DNA of 55,943 bases from Acidobacteriales bacterium 13_2_20CM_55_8 (GTDB lineage: Bacteria; Acidobacteriota; Terriglobia; Terriglobales; Acidobacteriaceae). Positions 38,523-47,972 of this stretch are shown here, piece by piece; positions within the stretch are counted from its first letter, which is position 1, and every line of letters starts with the position of its first letter. The stretch is from NCBI GenBank assembly GCA_001914815.1, contig MNDG01000133.1, positions 1 to 55,943 of the forward strand, read 5' to 3'. The notes under the pieces were generated by a model. It ran no database searches and was not told where the DNA came from. It saw nothing but the letters and a program-made list of their open reading frames with translations. The position numbers and the translations under genes are program-made.

Positions 38523-39842
38523 ATGGACGCTAGATCAGTCAGTGAATCAGAGCGGACGGCAAATCTACCTCAGGCAGACGCTTTGCCTGTCAGTCAGATC
38601 GAATCTGTTGTAGAGGACGTACTGGCCTCGACTCCATTCGTCGACGTTCACACGCATCTGTTTTCCCCTGTATTCGGCAGCCTCGGACTGTGGGGAATCG
38701 ACGAGCTTCTGACCTACCACTACCTTGAGGCCGAGTTCTTTCGTTCTTCTGATATGCCGCCCGAGCGCTACTGGAAGCTTTCGAAGCGAGAACAGGCCGA
38801 CGCCATCTGGCAAGTCCTCTTCGTGGAGAATACACCGATCTCGGAAGCGACACGCGGAATCATCGCCGTTCTCCAAGCGTTCGGCCTTCCCACTGAAAGC
38901 CTTGACTTGGAGGAGGCCAGATCGTTCTTTCAAGCTCAGCAGCTCGAGTCGCATGTCCAACGAGTATTAGAAATGGCCGGCGTGAGCACGGTAGTGATGA
39001 CCAATGATCCGCTTAATCCCGAAGAACAATTGATCTGGATGAACGGGGTTAAGTCTCACCCGCAGTTTCAGGCTGTGCTGCGGCTCGATCGGATTCTGCG
39101 CGACTGGGGCGGCAATTGGCAGCAACTGGTGAAGCAGGGTTATGCAGTGGATGCTCAGGCATCGGGAAGAACAGTGAGTGAGGTTCGCAGGTTTCTTTCT
39201 GATTGGTACGGGCGCATGCATCCGGTATACATGGCGGTCTCGCTTCCTGATACCTTTCAATTTCCAGCGGACACGATTCAAAGCAAGATGCTCGCCGAAG
39301 CGGTAATTCCATCATGCCGCGAGTTCGATCTGCCCTTGTCTCTCATGATTGGGGTCCGCCTGCAGGTGAATCCGAGACTTCGTTTGGCCGGCGATGCGGT
39401 TGGGAGGGCTGATCTTCGTGTGCTAGAAAATCTATGCCGCACTTTTCCCGACAATCGGTTTCTGGTGAGTGTTCTAAGCCGTGAGAACCAGCATGAACTT
39501 TGCGTCTATGCGCGAAAATTCAATAACCTGATGCCCTTCGGATGCTGGTGGTTCCTCAACAATCCCTCGATTGTGGAAGAAATCACGCGGGAGCGTCTTG
39601 AAATGCTCGGCGCCAGTTTTATCCCGCAGCATTCCGACGCCCGTGTTCTGGAGCAAGTGATTTATAAATGGCAAAACACCCGTACCATTCTTGCGCGCAT
39701 CCTCGGCAATACGTATCGGCTGCTTTCCAACGACGGTCGCGGCGTCCGCCGCCAGGATATTCAGCGGGATGTTACGCGTCTCTTCCGCTCGAATTTCGAA
39801 AAATGGACGCGCTTGAGTTCAGGAGATACTGCAGCCGTCTGA
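38523..39842 (+). CDS. uxaC: Diverged uronate (glucuronate/galacturonate) isomerase of the amidohydrolase superfamily (non-E. coli UxaC type)
   Basis: 439 aa. FVDVHTHLFSPVFGSLGLWGIDELLTYHYLEAEF...SKREQAD...VVMTNDP...YMAVSLP...SRENQHEL...FGCWWFLNNP...IPQHSDARVLEQVIYKW resembles, as I recall it, the Bacillus halodurans Bh0493-type uronate isomerase rather than the enterobacterial UxaC. Confidence 0.65.
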   Translation: MDARSVSESERTANLPQADALPVSQIESVVEDVLASTPFVDVHTHLFSPVFGSLGLWGIDELLTYHYLEAEFFRSSDMPPERYWKLSKREQADAIWQVLFVENTPISEATRGIIAVLQAFGLPTESLDLEEARSFFQAQQLESHVQRVLEMAGVSTVVMTNDPLNPEEQLIWMNGVKSHPQFQAVLRLDRILRDWGGNWQQLVKQGYAVDAQASGRTVSEVRRFLSDWYGRMHPVYMAVSLPDTFQFPADTIQSKMLAEAVIPSCREFDLPLSLMIGVRLQVNPRLRLAGDAVGRADLRVLENLCRTFPDNRFLVSVLSRENQHELCVYARKFNNLMPFGCWWFLNNPSIVEEITRERLEMLGASFIPQHSDARVLEQVIYKWQNTRTILARILGNTYRLLSNDGRGVRRQDIQRDVTRLFRSNFEKWTRLSSGDTAAV

Positions 39843-39853
39843 TTTTTGGAACT

Positions 39854-40744
39854 TTACGCCGCGGTAAGTGCCTGGTGAAGGAAATCAGCGATTGAGGTGG
39901 TGAGTTTGCGGGGATAATCCGTTCGGACCATAGCAAGGGCCAGGCTCCTGGTGAGCCGGTGCCCTTCGATCCGGTAGGTTTGGAAGAAACGATTCCGCCC
40001 TCGGAGTGCATGTTCTGGAAGTATGGAATAGCCGAAGCCGGACTCGACCAGTCGCTTAATTGCTTCGGTGTCGTCCGCCTCCATGACAACCCGTGGCGTC
40101 ACGCCGATCTCCTGAAAAAACCGATCGATGATCTGCCGCATGTTGCTTCGTTTGGGATAAAGCAAGAACGGAGCACGAGCTAGTTCCTCGGTTGGCATAG
40201 ATCCGATGCGGCTGCGGCGGACATTATTGGCTGCCGGACGCAGCACAAAAAGTTCTTCGTCGAAGAGGGGTATGATCGCGAGGTTCTCTTCAGAAACAGG
40301 CAGTGAGATCAGGCCCAAGTCAAAACGGCGATCGTGCAAACCAGCGACTATTTCCTCGGTTACGCCAACCGTGACCCGGATCTCCGCATGAGGATATTGT
40401 TTCCGCAATTGCCGAAGCGGACGTCCCAGTTGGTAAATCAGAGTAGTCACGCCAGTGGCGAAATGGAAGGGACGCACATCGTGCGATAAATCATTTTCAA
40501 ACTCCTGCTGAATGTGGCCCATCAGCTTAACGACTTCTCTGGCCTGCTCGGCAAGGCGCGATGCGGCTGGCGTCGGCACCAGTCGCTTTCCAGAACGCAC
40601 AAACAATTCCGTGTGCAGTTCGCCAGCCAGATTATGGAGCTGCAGGCTGACGGCGCCCGGCGACAAATGAATCTTCTCTGCCGCTTGCGTCATACTGGCA
40701 GACTCCATTACCGCCAAAAACAGTTTGAGTTGGTGAATATCCAT
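39854..40744 (-). CDS. LysR-family transcriptional regulator
   Basis: 296 aa with an N-terminal wHTH (MDIHQLKLFLAVMESASMTQAAEKIHLSPGAVSLQLHNLAGEL) and a LysR substrate-binding domain. Confidence 0.9.
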   Translation of the reverse strand: MDIHQLKLFLAVMESASMTQAAEKIHLSPGAVSLQLHNLAGELHTELFVRSGKRLVPTPAASRLAEQAREVVKLMGHIQQEFENDLSHDVRPFHFATGVTTLIYQLGRPLRQLRKQYPHAEIRVTVGVTEEIVAGLHDRRFDLGLISLPVSEENLAIIPLFDEELFVLRPAANNVRRSRIGSMPTEELARAPFLLYPKRSNMRQIIDRFFQEIGVTPRVVMEADDTEAIKRLVESGFGYSILPEHALRGRNRFFQTYRIEGHRLTRSLALAMVRTDYPRKLTTSIADFLHQALTAA

Positions 40745-40827
40745 GCGCCCTTTCCGAACATAGTCCTAAACCGCTGCGGACGACACTTCCCGAGCACGGT
40801 TGTGGACGAACTAATTCCTTTAATCTT

Positions 40828-40885
40828 CTTAAACTTCGGTTTTAAGTATTTTCAGTTTGACAGGGTAAGCATTCCTGCCTATCGT
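40828..40885 (+). promoter_or_regulatory. LysR-type box (CTTAAA-N7-TTTAAG) immediately upstream of a TTGACA-17-TATCGT promoter
   Basis: Inverted repeat at 40828-40846, -35 TTGACA at 40857-40862, -10 TATCGT at 40880-40885. It lies in the divergent region between the LysR gene and the cupin/PQQ-dehydrogenase/GH97 genes. Confidence 0.45.
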
Positions 40886-41008
40886 TCGGTCGCGGCCATG
40901 CGCCACTTTACCAAAAAATTAAGGGGATGAGTGTCTTCGGGCAGTGTTCGCTCTGGTCTTGCGCTTTTGGCAAATGCGCCGCGAACTCGCTTCCAAGGTG
41001 GAAACGCA

Positions 41009-41491
41009 ATGAAGAGATTTTGGGTGCTATCTTTGCTGTTGATACCTTTTCTGACTGTAGCTGCTCAAGAGTCAACACCGGCAGGTCTCGAACACTGGAG
41101 CGCTGCGTCGCTGAAGCAATTTGGTCAGACCTTGAATCAGGAGGCAGCAACTGATCCACATCACCTGGCGGTAAAACAACTCTCCGATTTTCCCAACGAG
41201 CTGTTTCTGCTGGGTCTCAGAGAGGCCGACGGCCAGGTCGAATGGCATGAGACTCAGGTCGATGTCTTTGTGGTGCAATCCGGTTCTGCCACGCTGCTTG
41301 TGGGCGGCACCATGGTGAATGGGGAAACTGTGGCGCCGCATGAAAAGCGCAACGGCTCCATTCAAGGTGGCATTCGGCGGAAGCTCTCAGCCGGAGACAT
41401 CGTCCGCATTCCGGCTCGGGTACCACATCAGCTCCTGCTCGAGGGCTCGCACGAATTCACTTATTTTGTGATCAAGGTAAAAGGCTACTAG
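41009..41491 (+). CDS. Secreted small cupin-like protein
   Basis: ATG 41009 is preceded by an AAGGTGG RBS. It has a signal peptide (MKRFWVLSLLLIPFLTVAAQ) and a beta-rich C-terminus (DVFVVQSGSATLLVGG...GDIVRIPARVPHQL). Confidence 0.55.
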   Translation: MKRFWVLSLLLIPFLTVAAQESTPAGLEHWSAASLKQFGQTLNQEAATDPHHLAVKQLSDFPNELFLLGLREADGQVEWHETQVDVFVVQSGSATLLVGGTMVNGETVAPHEKRNGSIQGGIRRKLSAGDIVRIPARVPHQLLLEGSHEFTYFVIKVKGY

Positions 41492-41559
41492 GTCGAGAAA
41501 TAGTGCGAGACGCGGCAGAGTTTCCATTTGCAACTTGGATTGCCAATCGGCGGAGGAGA

Positions 41560-43215
41560 ATGGTGAAAGCGTCCACAAATTTCTCTAGAAGCTTGCTTGT
41601 TGTGTTTGTCGCGGGAATTTCCGCATTTCCCGTGAACGCTCAGAATTCCAGTTTTCATAACGCGCCATCATCGGCCAAGGAACTAAAGAATCCTCACGAA
41701 GGCCAGCCAGCGGCCGCCGCCAAGCGTCTTTTTCATCTTCGCTGTGCGCGCTGTCACGGCGAGAACGGGGAGGGATCGGGCAATATCCCTTCGCTCGCAG
41801 TCGAAAAACTCAAAGCGGTAACCTCGGGCGAGTTGTTTTGGTATATCACCAAAGGCGACGTAAATAATGGCATGCCGTCTTGGGCATCTCTGCCCAAACG
41901 GCAAAGGTGGCAAATTGTTAATTATGTGAAATCGCTTGCTGTGACGCCGGGTGAAGGCGAGAAGAGCAAAGTTGAAGCGCCACAAGTCGCTACAAAATTG
42001 AATGCGCCCCCGCCCCTGCCGCCATTCACCGACTTCCGCTATGAGAAGCCTGGGAAAACTCGAAAGATTACGGTAAAAGACCTTCCTCCTCCGTTCATGA
42101 CGCCTTCAGCGGGCAATGGGCCTAAGGTAGTATCCCGTCCCGCGAACGCCTGGCCGCAGGTTCCGCCCGGCTTCAAGGTGGAGCTGTATGCATCCGGCCT
42201 TGACGAACCACGACTGATTCGCAGGTCGCCCAATGGCGACATGTTTGTCGCCGAGAGCAAGGCAGGAGTAATCAAAGTTTTTCGTGGAATGACCAGCCCA
42301 GGCAAGCCGGAGCAGATGGCAGTTTTCGCCACCGGCCTGAAGCTGCCGTTTGGCATCAATTTCTATCCTCCGGGCCCGGATCCGCAGTGGGTGTACGTCG
42401 GGAATTTGCACTCGGTCGTGCGCTTTCCTTACCAGAATGGCGATTTGAAGGCACGAGGAAGTGCGCAGCACATCGCGGATTTGCCCGGCGGCGAATATCA
42501 CTGGACGCGCGATATTCAGTTCTCTCCCGATGGCAAGAAAATGTTTGTCGCTGTCGGCGCAGCTTCCAATGTTGACGATCCCGATACAACTCCGGCTGAG
42601 AAAGATACTGCCGACATCCTTCAGTTCAATCCGGACGGTTCGGGGATGCGAGTTTACGCATCAGGCATCCGGAACCCTGTGGGACTTGCCATTCAGCCGA
42701 AGACTGGGGATTTGTGGTGTTCAACCAACGAACGCGATGGCCTGGGAGACAACCTGGTTCCGGACTACATCACACACGTCCAGGAAGGCGGCTTTTACGG
42801 TTGGCCATGGTGGTACATGGGTGGTCATCAGGATCCGCGGCACAAAGGCAAACATCCTGAGTTGAAGGACAAAGTCATCACTCCTGACGTCTTGGTGCAT
42901 CCGCATAACGCGTCGCTTGAGCTGACCTTTTATGATGGCAAACAATTCCCCGCGGAATACCAAGGCGAAATTTTTGCTGCTGAGCACGGCTCCTGGAATA
43001 GGTCGGTTCGCGTGGGCTACGAACTTATTCGCGTTCCCTTGCATCAGACCGGACATGCCACCGGCGAATACGAGGACTTCATGACTGGATTCGTCGTCGA
43101 CAACAAAAACGTGTGGGGACGCCCGGTTGGCCTTGCTGTCGCGACCGACGGCTCGCTGCTTGTCACTGACGACGGCTCCAACTCCATTTGGCGCATCAGC
43201 TACACGGGAAAATGA
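41560..43215 (+). CDS. PQQ-dependent sugar (sorbosone-type) dehydrogenase fused to an N-terminal class I cytochrome c domain
   Basis: ATG 41560 follows a GGAGGAG RBS. It has a signal peptide, one CxxCH (CARCH) with a distal Met (NNGMPSW), and a beta-propeller region with ERDGLGDNLVPDYITHVQEGGFYGWPWWY. Confidence 0.75.
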   Translation: MVKASTNFSRSLLVVFVAGISAFPVNAQNSSFHNAPSSAKELKNPHEGQPAAAAKRLFHLRCARCHGENGEGSGNIPSLAVEKLKAVTSGELFWYITKGDVNNGMPSWASLPKRQRWQIVNYVKSLAVTPGEGEKSKVEAPQVATKLNAPPPLPPFTDFRYEKPGKTRKITVKDLPPPFMTPSAGNGPKVVSRPANAWPQVPPGFKVELYASGLDEPRLIRRSPNGDMFVAESKAGVIKVFRGMTSPGKPEQMAVFATGLKLPFGINFYPPGPDPQWVYVGNLHSVVRFPYQNGDLKARGSAQHIADLPGGEYHWTRDIQFSPDGKKMFVAVGAASNVDDPDTTPAEKDTADILQFNPDGSGMRVYASGIRNPVGLAIQPKTGDLWCSTNERDGLGDNLVPDYITHVQEGGFYGWPWWYMGGHQDPRHKGKHPELKDKVITPDVLVHPHNASLELTFYDGKQFPAEYQGEIFAAEHGSWNRSVRVGYELIRVPLHQTGHATGEYEDFMTGFVVDNKNVWGRPVGLAVATDGSLLVTDDGSNSIWRISYTGK

Positions 43216-43297
43216 ACGCCTCGAAGAGCATTCGTTTCAAAGCGGCTACCCATCGATTTTACTGTCGTCGATTCTCGCTCCAGGAGGAACAAGCCCC

Positions 43298-45259
43298 GTG
43301 GGAATTTTCTGGAACAAAACAGCCTTTTTGCTCTTAGCGCTGATGTTTCTGACTGAGCGCGCGGCTGCGCAAGGCGCTTATAGCGTGTTCTCGCCAAACA
43401 AGCAGATTGAGTTAAGAATCCGCCTTGGGGAAAAGATCCAGTACGACGCTCTGTTTAAGGGAACGGTGTTGCTGGAGAATTCAACACTCTCCATCAACAT
43501 CGACCGCAACACGCTGGGCCTGAAGCCGAAAGTCAAAGCCTCCAAAGAGCGCGGCTACGATAGCATGCTGCAGCCCGTGGTCCGGCAAAAATTTGCCAAG
43601 ATTCGCGAGCACTACAACGAATTACGACTGGACATGGAAGGTAATTACGCGGTTGTCTTCCGAGCATACGACGAAGGCACGGCCTATCGTCTGGAAACCT
43701 CACTGCCGCAGAAAGAAGTGAAAGTTTATAGCGAGGAAGTCAGCCTGAATTTCGCTGGAGACTACAACGTTTACTATCCTCAGGAAGAAAGCTTCTTCTC
43801 GCATAACGAAAGAAAATATCTCCCGTTCAAACTGACGCAGATCGCTCCCACCGCGATTGCCTCTCTGCCCGCTGTGGTTGATGCCCCTAACGGAGTGAAA
43901 ATCGCCGTCGCCGATTCTGACATCGAGGACTATCCGGGGTTATGGCTGCACGGCACCAGCGGCAACGCCCTGGCGGGAACCTTCCCTCCCTACCCGCTCA
44001 AGGAAAAACTGGAAAAGGATCGCGATTTTAAAATCACCGGGGCCGCCGACTACATCGCTATCACCCGTGGCACTCGTAACTACCCCTGGCGCCTATTGGG
44101 AATTGCGGAAAAAGATGGCGACTTGATCACCAATCAACTGGTCTGGCTCCTAGCTAAGCCATCGCAGGTGCAGGACACCTCGTGGATTCGGCCCGGCAAG
44201 GTGGCTTGGGACTGGTGGAATGCCAACAACATCTACGGTGTGGATTTCAAATCCGGCGTCAACACGCAAACCTACAAATATTACATCGACTTCGCTTCTA
44301 AATATGGACTGCAGTACATCATCCTGGATGAAGGCTGGTACAAGCTGGGGAACGTGCTGGACGTAGTTCCAGAAATCAATATGGAAGAACTCTCCGCCTA
44401 TGCCCGACAAAAGAATGTTGGCATCATCTTGTGGGTTGTATGGAAAACGCTCGACGATCAATTCCAGCCCGCGCTCGATCAGTTTGAAAAATGGGGAATC
44501 AAAGGCATCAAGGTTGATTTCATGCAGCGCGATGATCAACCTCTGATCAACTTCTATCACAAGGTCTGCCGCGAGACCGCGAGACGCAAGATGCTGGTCG
44601 ATTTTCATGGCTCTCAAAAACCGGCGACCATGACGCGGACTTGGCCGAATCTGATCAGCACCGAAGGCGTCCGAGGCATGGAATGGAGTAAGTGGAGTGC
44701 CGACGCTGAACCGGGCCACAACCTGACTTTGCCTTTTAGTCGCATGTTCCTCGGCCCCATGGATTACACCCCCGGCGCAATGTTGAATGCGACCAAGAAG
44801 ACTTTCGCCCCGATCCACGAGCAGCCGATGGCCCTCGGCACTCGCTGCCATCAACTGGCCATGTACGTTGTTTTTGAGAGTCCGCTGCAAATGCTGGCTG
44901 ATAGTCCTTCCAACTATTTGCGCGAGCCGAAAGCAATGGGGTTCCTCGCTTCAGTTCCCACCGTGTGGGATGAAACCAGAGTGCTCGATGCGCGACTGGG
45001 CGAGTATGTCTTGGTCGCGCGAAGAAAAGATCGCGATTGGTACGTTGGAGCAATGACGAATTGGACGGGCCGCGACTTGGAAGTGGATTTTTCCTTTTTG
45101 CCCACAGGAAATTTCTGGTTGGAAGCCTACCAGGATGGCGCCAACGCCGATCGCTATGCCAGCGACTACAAAAAGACCAAAACCCAGATTAGCAACGCAA
45201 AAAAATTAAAAATCACGCTGGCGCCTGGAGGAGGCTGGGCAGCCAGTATCCATCCCTAG
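43298..45259 (+). CDS. Glycoside hydrolase family 97 (alpha-glucosidase/alpha-galactosidase type)
   Basis: GTG 43298 follows a CAGGAGGAAC RBS. It has a signal peptide and GH97-like blocks (YIILDEGWY, WGIKGIKVDFMQRDDQ, VDFHG, EGVRGMEW). The ORF-track start at 43127 would overlap the upstream gene by 89 nt. Confidence 0.8.
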   Translation: MGIFWNKTAFLLLALMFLTERAAAQGAYSVFSPNKQIELRIRLGEKIQYDALFKGTVLLENSTLSINIDRNTLGLKPKVKASKERGYDSMLQPVVRQKFAKIREHYNELRLDMEGNYAVVFRAYDEGTAYRLETSLPQKEVKVYSEEVSLNFAGDYNVYYPQEESFFSHNERKYLPFKLTQIAPTAIASLPAVVDAPNGVKIAVADSDIEDYPGLWLHGTSGNALAGTFPPYPLKEKLEKDRDFKITGAADYIAITRGTRNYPWRLLGIAEKDGDLITNQLVWLLAKPSQVQDTSWIRPGKVAWDWWNANNIYGVDFKSGVNTQTYKYYIDFASKYGLQYIILDEGWYKLGNVLDVVPEINMEELSAYARQKNVGIILWVVWKTLDDQFQPALDQFEKWGIKGIKVDFMQRDDQPLINFYHKVCRETARRKMLVDFHGSQKPATMTRTWPNLISTEGVRGMEWSKWSADAEPGHNLTLPFSRMFLGPMDYTPGAMLNATKKTFAPIHEQPMALGTRCHQLAMYVVFESPLQMLADSPSNYLREPKAMGFLASVPTVWDETRVLDARLGEYVLVARRKDRDWYVGAMTNWTGRDLEVDFSFLPTGNFWLEAYQDGANADRYASDYKKTKTQISNAKKLKITLAPGGGWAASIHP

Positions 45260-45361
45260 CTTGCAGCCTCCCCTCGCACCTCGTTGCACAGAAAATGGCA
45301 TTCTGCGCTGCATAGCGAAAAGATTACGCTCACTCGTATTTGTTAGAATGAGAGCCGATGT

Positions 45362-45401
45362 AGGCGCGTAGCTCAGTTGGTGAGAGCGCTACCTTGACAC
45401 G
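45362..45401 (+). pseudogene. 5' half of a tRNA-Val(GAC) gene (nt 1-40: acceptor arm, D-arm, anticodon arm up to the 3' side of the loop)
   Basis: 39 of 40 positions are identical to nt 1-40 of the intact tRNA at 54049. Identity also covers 4 nt upstream and stops abruptly after ...CCTTGACACG. Confidence 0.85.
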
Positions 45402-45690
45402 CTTTGAGCCATTGGAAAACCAACGACTTACCAAGCATTTTCGGGCACTTTCAGAGCATTTAGAGCACTGGGGAACCCTTGTTGGCCCGAGATTGGCCCC
45501 ATAAAATTGCCATGCGAGCGGTTCGGCAACGCTTACTTTTCGACGGCAGCAATGAGGCGTTTTCCTGACACATCGCTGTTCTTGAATTTCACAAGAGCGC
45601 TGTCGCCCATCTTATTGTTTTTACCGGTTGGATCATCGGGCTTGCATAGTGGCGGCCATTAACGAGAAATCCGATGCACATTGAACCGCG

Positions 45691-47931
45691 TCACCTCCGG
45701 AAAGTCCAGCGGAGCTTCACGGCAACGATGTCGCTTTGTGGCGCGATACTGATGTCGTGAGGAGTTAGGATCAAGCGCTGCCAACCGCGGTTCCACACGA
45801 CGAAGAGATCGTTGCCAGGCTTAATCGTCCAGCGCAGCCGTGTGTTCGTGCCGATAGTTTGTGATTCGGTGTCGTATTGCACAAAGCTGCTCAATATCAG
45901 ATTTGGAGTCCACGCATAAGCGCCTTGGAGCTGCCAAAGCCGTTGCACGAAGTTGCCTTGGGGAAGGTGTCCGAAATCATTCTCCGTGTTCGCTTCCAGC
46001 TGCACTCGGCCCTGTGGCGATGTCCACTTTAAGTAGTTTTCCCACTGTGTGAGATGACCGTCGAAAAATGTGCCGAACCACGTTGTAGTTCCAAATTGCA
46101 GTGGCCGGTGACCGCTGGTTTGCGCTTCGAGGCGGTACCGCGTGAACTGGTAAGAGCCGGGAGGGATGACTACCCCGGGAGCAATATCAAAGGGGACCAG
46201 CAGGATCTCGCCGTGCGGGTCCCAATTGAACTCAAAACGGTCACCGGATTCGAACCGCACATTGATCGGCGCCATGAAATATTCCCAGGACTCGAGCACG
46301 CCTTGCGGATTCGTGTGGCGAAGGTATTCGTTTTCGAAAAACTCCTGCCGAATCCAACGGAATGGGCTGGTTTTGGAGGGGCGAGGCTGATATGCGCAAA
46401 ATGCATCGGTACGGCGCGTGCCCGGGCGGGGAAGAAATCCCAATAAGGGTTCGAGAGCGTTGCCATACTGGTTCACGCTGGCGGCGCAATCCAAGAGGTC
46501 ATTAGGGTAATCCGCAGTGAAACCCCAACCCACCTTGCTGCCAGGACCAACATCACCTTGGGTGGTCGCGGTCCACGCGCCGAACTGAAGATTCTTGTCG
46601 CCAAGAAACCTGGAAGTTCGCCACACAGCGTCGATGCCAGCAAATGTATTGTCACGGATCGCTTCCGGATCACCACGAGTCAGTATTGTCCCTACGCGCA
46701 GGTTTTGGTTGAAGTCGTAAGAGATGCGGCCGGCAAACAAATTCGTGCCCGATACGACCGCAGACGGCAAAGCAAGGTCCCGTACAACTTGATCGGGCAC
46801 GGTTGTGTCGCGCGTTTGAACATCCAGGAGGGCGAGATTCCATTTCCCCACACGCCCGTTCAGTTTCACGCCAGCATCGATAGGAATCTGAGCCCCGTCT
46901 AGCAGGCCCACGTTTCGGCTGAAGAATGGGATGAATTGCTCTCCAAGGTTAAGGCCGAAGACGTACTGGTTCGCTCCCTCCAGGAAAAAAGAGCGTTTCT
47001 CTGGAAAGAAGAGAGGGAAACGGGTGAGATTGATTTGACGCGTGTCGACTTCGGTCTCCGCAAAGTCGGTGTTCGCGGTGAAGACAGTAACCAACTGCGG
47101 CGTAATCTTCCACGTGATCTCGCCGCCCACAGCTCCCTGCCATGCTCGTGGACTTACTCCATAGAAACGCTTGGTCTTTCCTATCGCATACGGAGTAATC
47201 TCTATGCCTTTGCCCTGTTGTAGGTCTCCAAGTCCTGTCAACCGGCCGGCACGGCTGAGGTCGTATAGAAATGAATCCAATGTCGGCGACGACCAACGCA
47301 GCCATTGTCGTTCGCGGGGAATGAATCGCTCTAGATTCAACCCCCAATCGTTCAGGCCGGGCGTGAAACTCAGGGTCCGTGATGGAATGACGATTTCCGC
47401 CGACCAACCGTCCTGGGTCCTTGCGGTGCGTGCATCCCAAATACCGTCCCAGTCGAGCGATGCGCTCTCAGACCTGGAAATCAAACCATCCACTCGTGCT
47501 CCAGCCGCGTTGATCTGGAAGAAGTAGCCCGTACGTCGATCACCGTAGGTGTCCAGCACGACGCTAACGGTGTCGTCACCTGTCATGTCACCATCGCGTT
47601 GCATGGTATGAATGGCGATGCGGCGCGGATCGGGATCTTTGCAGGTGAAGCCGAAGTAGATCCGGTCGCTGGTCACGATCACTCGGACTTCGGTTTCATA
47701 AGGTGTCGGCTGTCCTGGTTTGGGTGCTTGCTGCACCAACTTCATCACCCGCGCATCCTGCCAAACGGGTTCGTCGAGGCGGCCATCGAGAGTTATGGAC
47801 GCAGACCTGCTTACTGTGGCGAGAGCGATGGGTCCGTCGGTTGCACTGGCAGGAAGCGCCGCGATGACAAAAAGTGCGCATGCGAGCCAGGGCCGCGGCT
47901 TTGTCCTGCTTTGTGAGGAGTCTTTCGTCAA
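45691..47931 (-). CDS. Secreted DUF5916-like protein with an N-terminal carbohydrate-binding-module-9-like domain
   Basis: 746 aa with a signal peptide. The N-terminal block (ITLDGRLDEPVWQDA...YFGFTCKDPDP...DTVSVVLDTYGDRRTGYFFQINAAGARVD...DGIWDA...GWSAEIVIP) is followed by a long beta-rich region. Confidence 0.6.
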   Translation of the reverse strand: MTKDSSQSRTKPRPWLACALFVIAALPASATDGPIALATVSRSASITLDGRLDEPVWQDARVMKLVQQAPKPGQPTPYETEVRVIVTSDRIYFGFTCKDPDPRRIAIHTMQRDGDMTGDDTVSVVLDTYGDRRTGYFFQINAAGARVDGLISRSESASLDWDGIWDARTARTQDGWSAEIVIPSRTLSFTPGLNDWGLNLERFIPRERQWLRWSSPTLDSFLYDLSRAGRLTGLGDLQQGKGIEITPYAIGKTKRFYGVSPRAWQGAVGGEITWKITPQLVTVFTANTDFAETEVDTRQINLTRFPLFFPEKRSFFLEGANQYVFGLNLGEQFIPFFSRNVGLLDGAQIPIDAGVKLNGRVGKWNLALLDVQTRDTTVPDQVVRDLALPSAVVSGTNLFAGRISYDFNQNLRVGTILTRGDPEAIRDNTFAGIDAVWRTSRFLGDKNLQFGAWTATTQGDVGPGSKVGWGFTADYPNDLLDCAASVNQYGNALEPLLGFLPRPGTRRTDAFCAYQPRPSKTSPFRWIRQEFFENEYLRHTNPQGVLESWEYFMAPINVRFESGDRFEFNWDPHGEILLVPFDIAPGVVIPPGSYQFTRYRLEAQTSGHRPLQFGTTTWFGTFFDGHLTQWENYLKWTSPQGRVQLEANTENDFGHLPQGNFVQRLWQLQGAYAWTPNLILSSFVQYDTESQTIGTNTRLRWTIKPGNDLFVVWNRGWQRLILTPHDISIAPQSDIVAVKLRWTFRR

Positions 47932-47972
47932 TGCGGATCTCTCAGCGCCGCGAGATTTTTCTTTCAGGGCTG

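Noticed and set aside
43127-43297. ORF-track start at 43127 for the GH97 gene (89-nt overlap with the PQQ dehydrogenase)
   Set aside because: The upstream 57 codons are not signal-like. GTG 43298 follows a strong CAGGAGG RBS and begins a proper signal peptide.
44150-44890. 246-aa minus-strand ORF inside GH97
   Set aside because: It is an antisense shadow ORF with no motifs, and GH97 blocks are clear on the plus strand.
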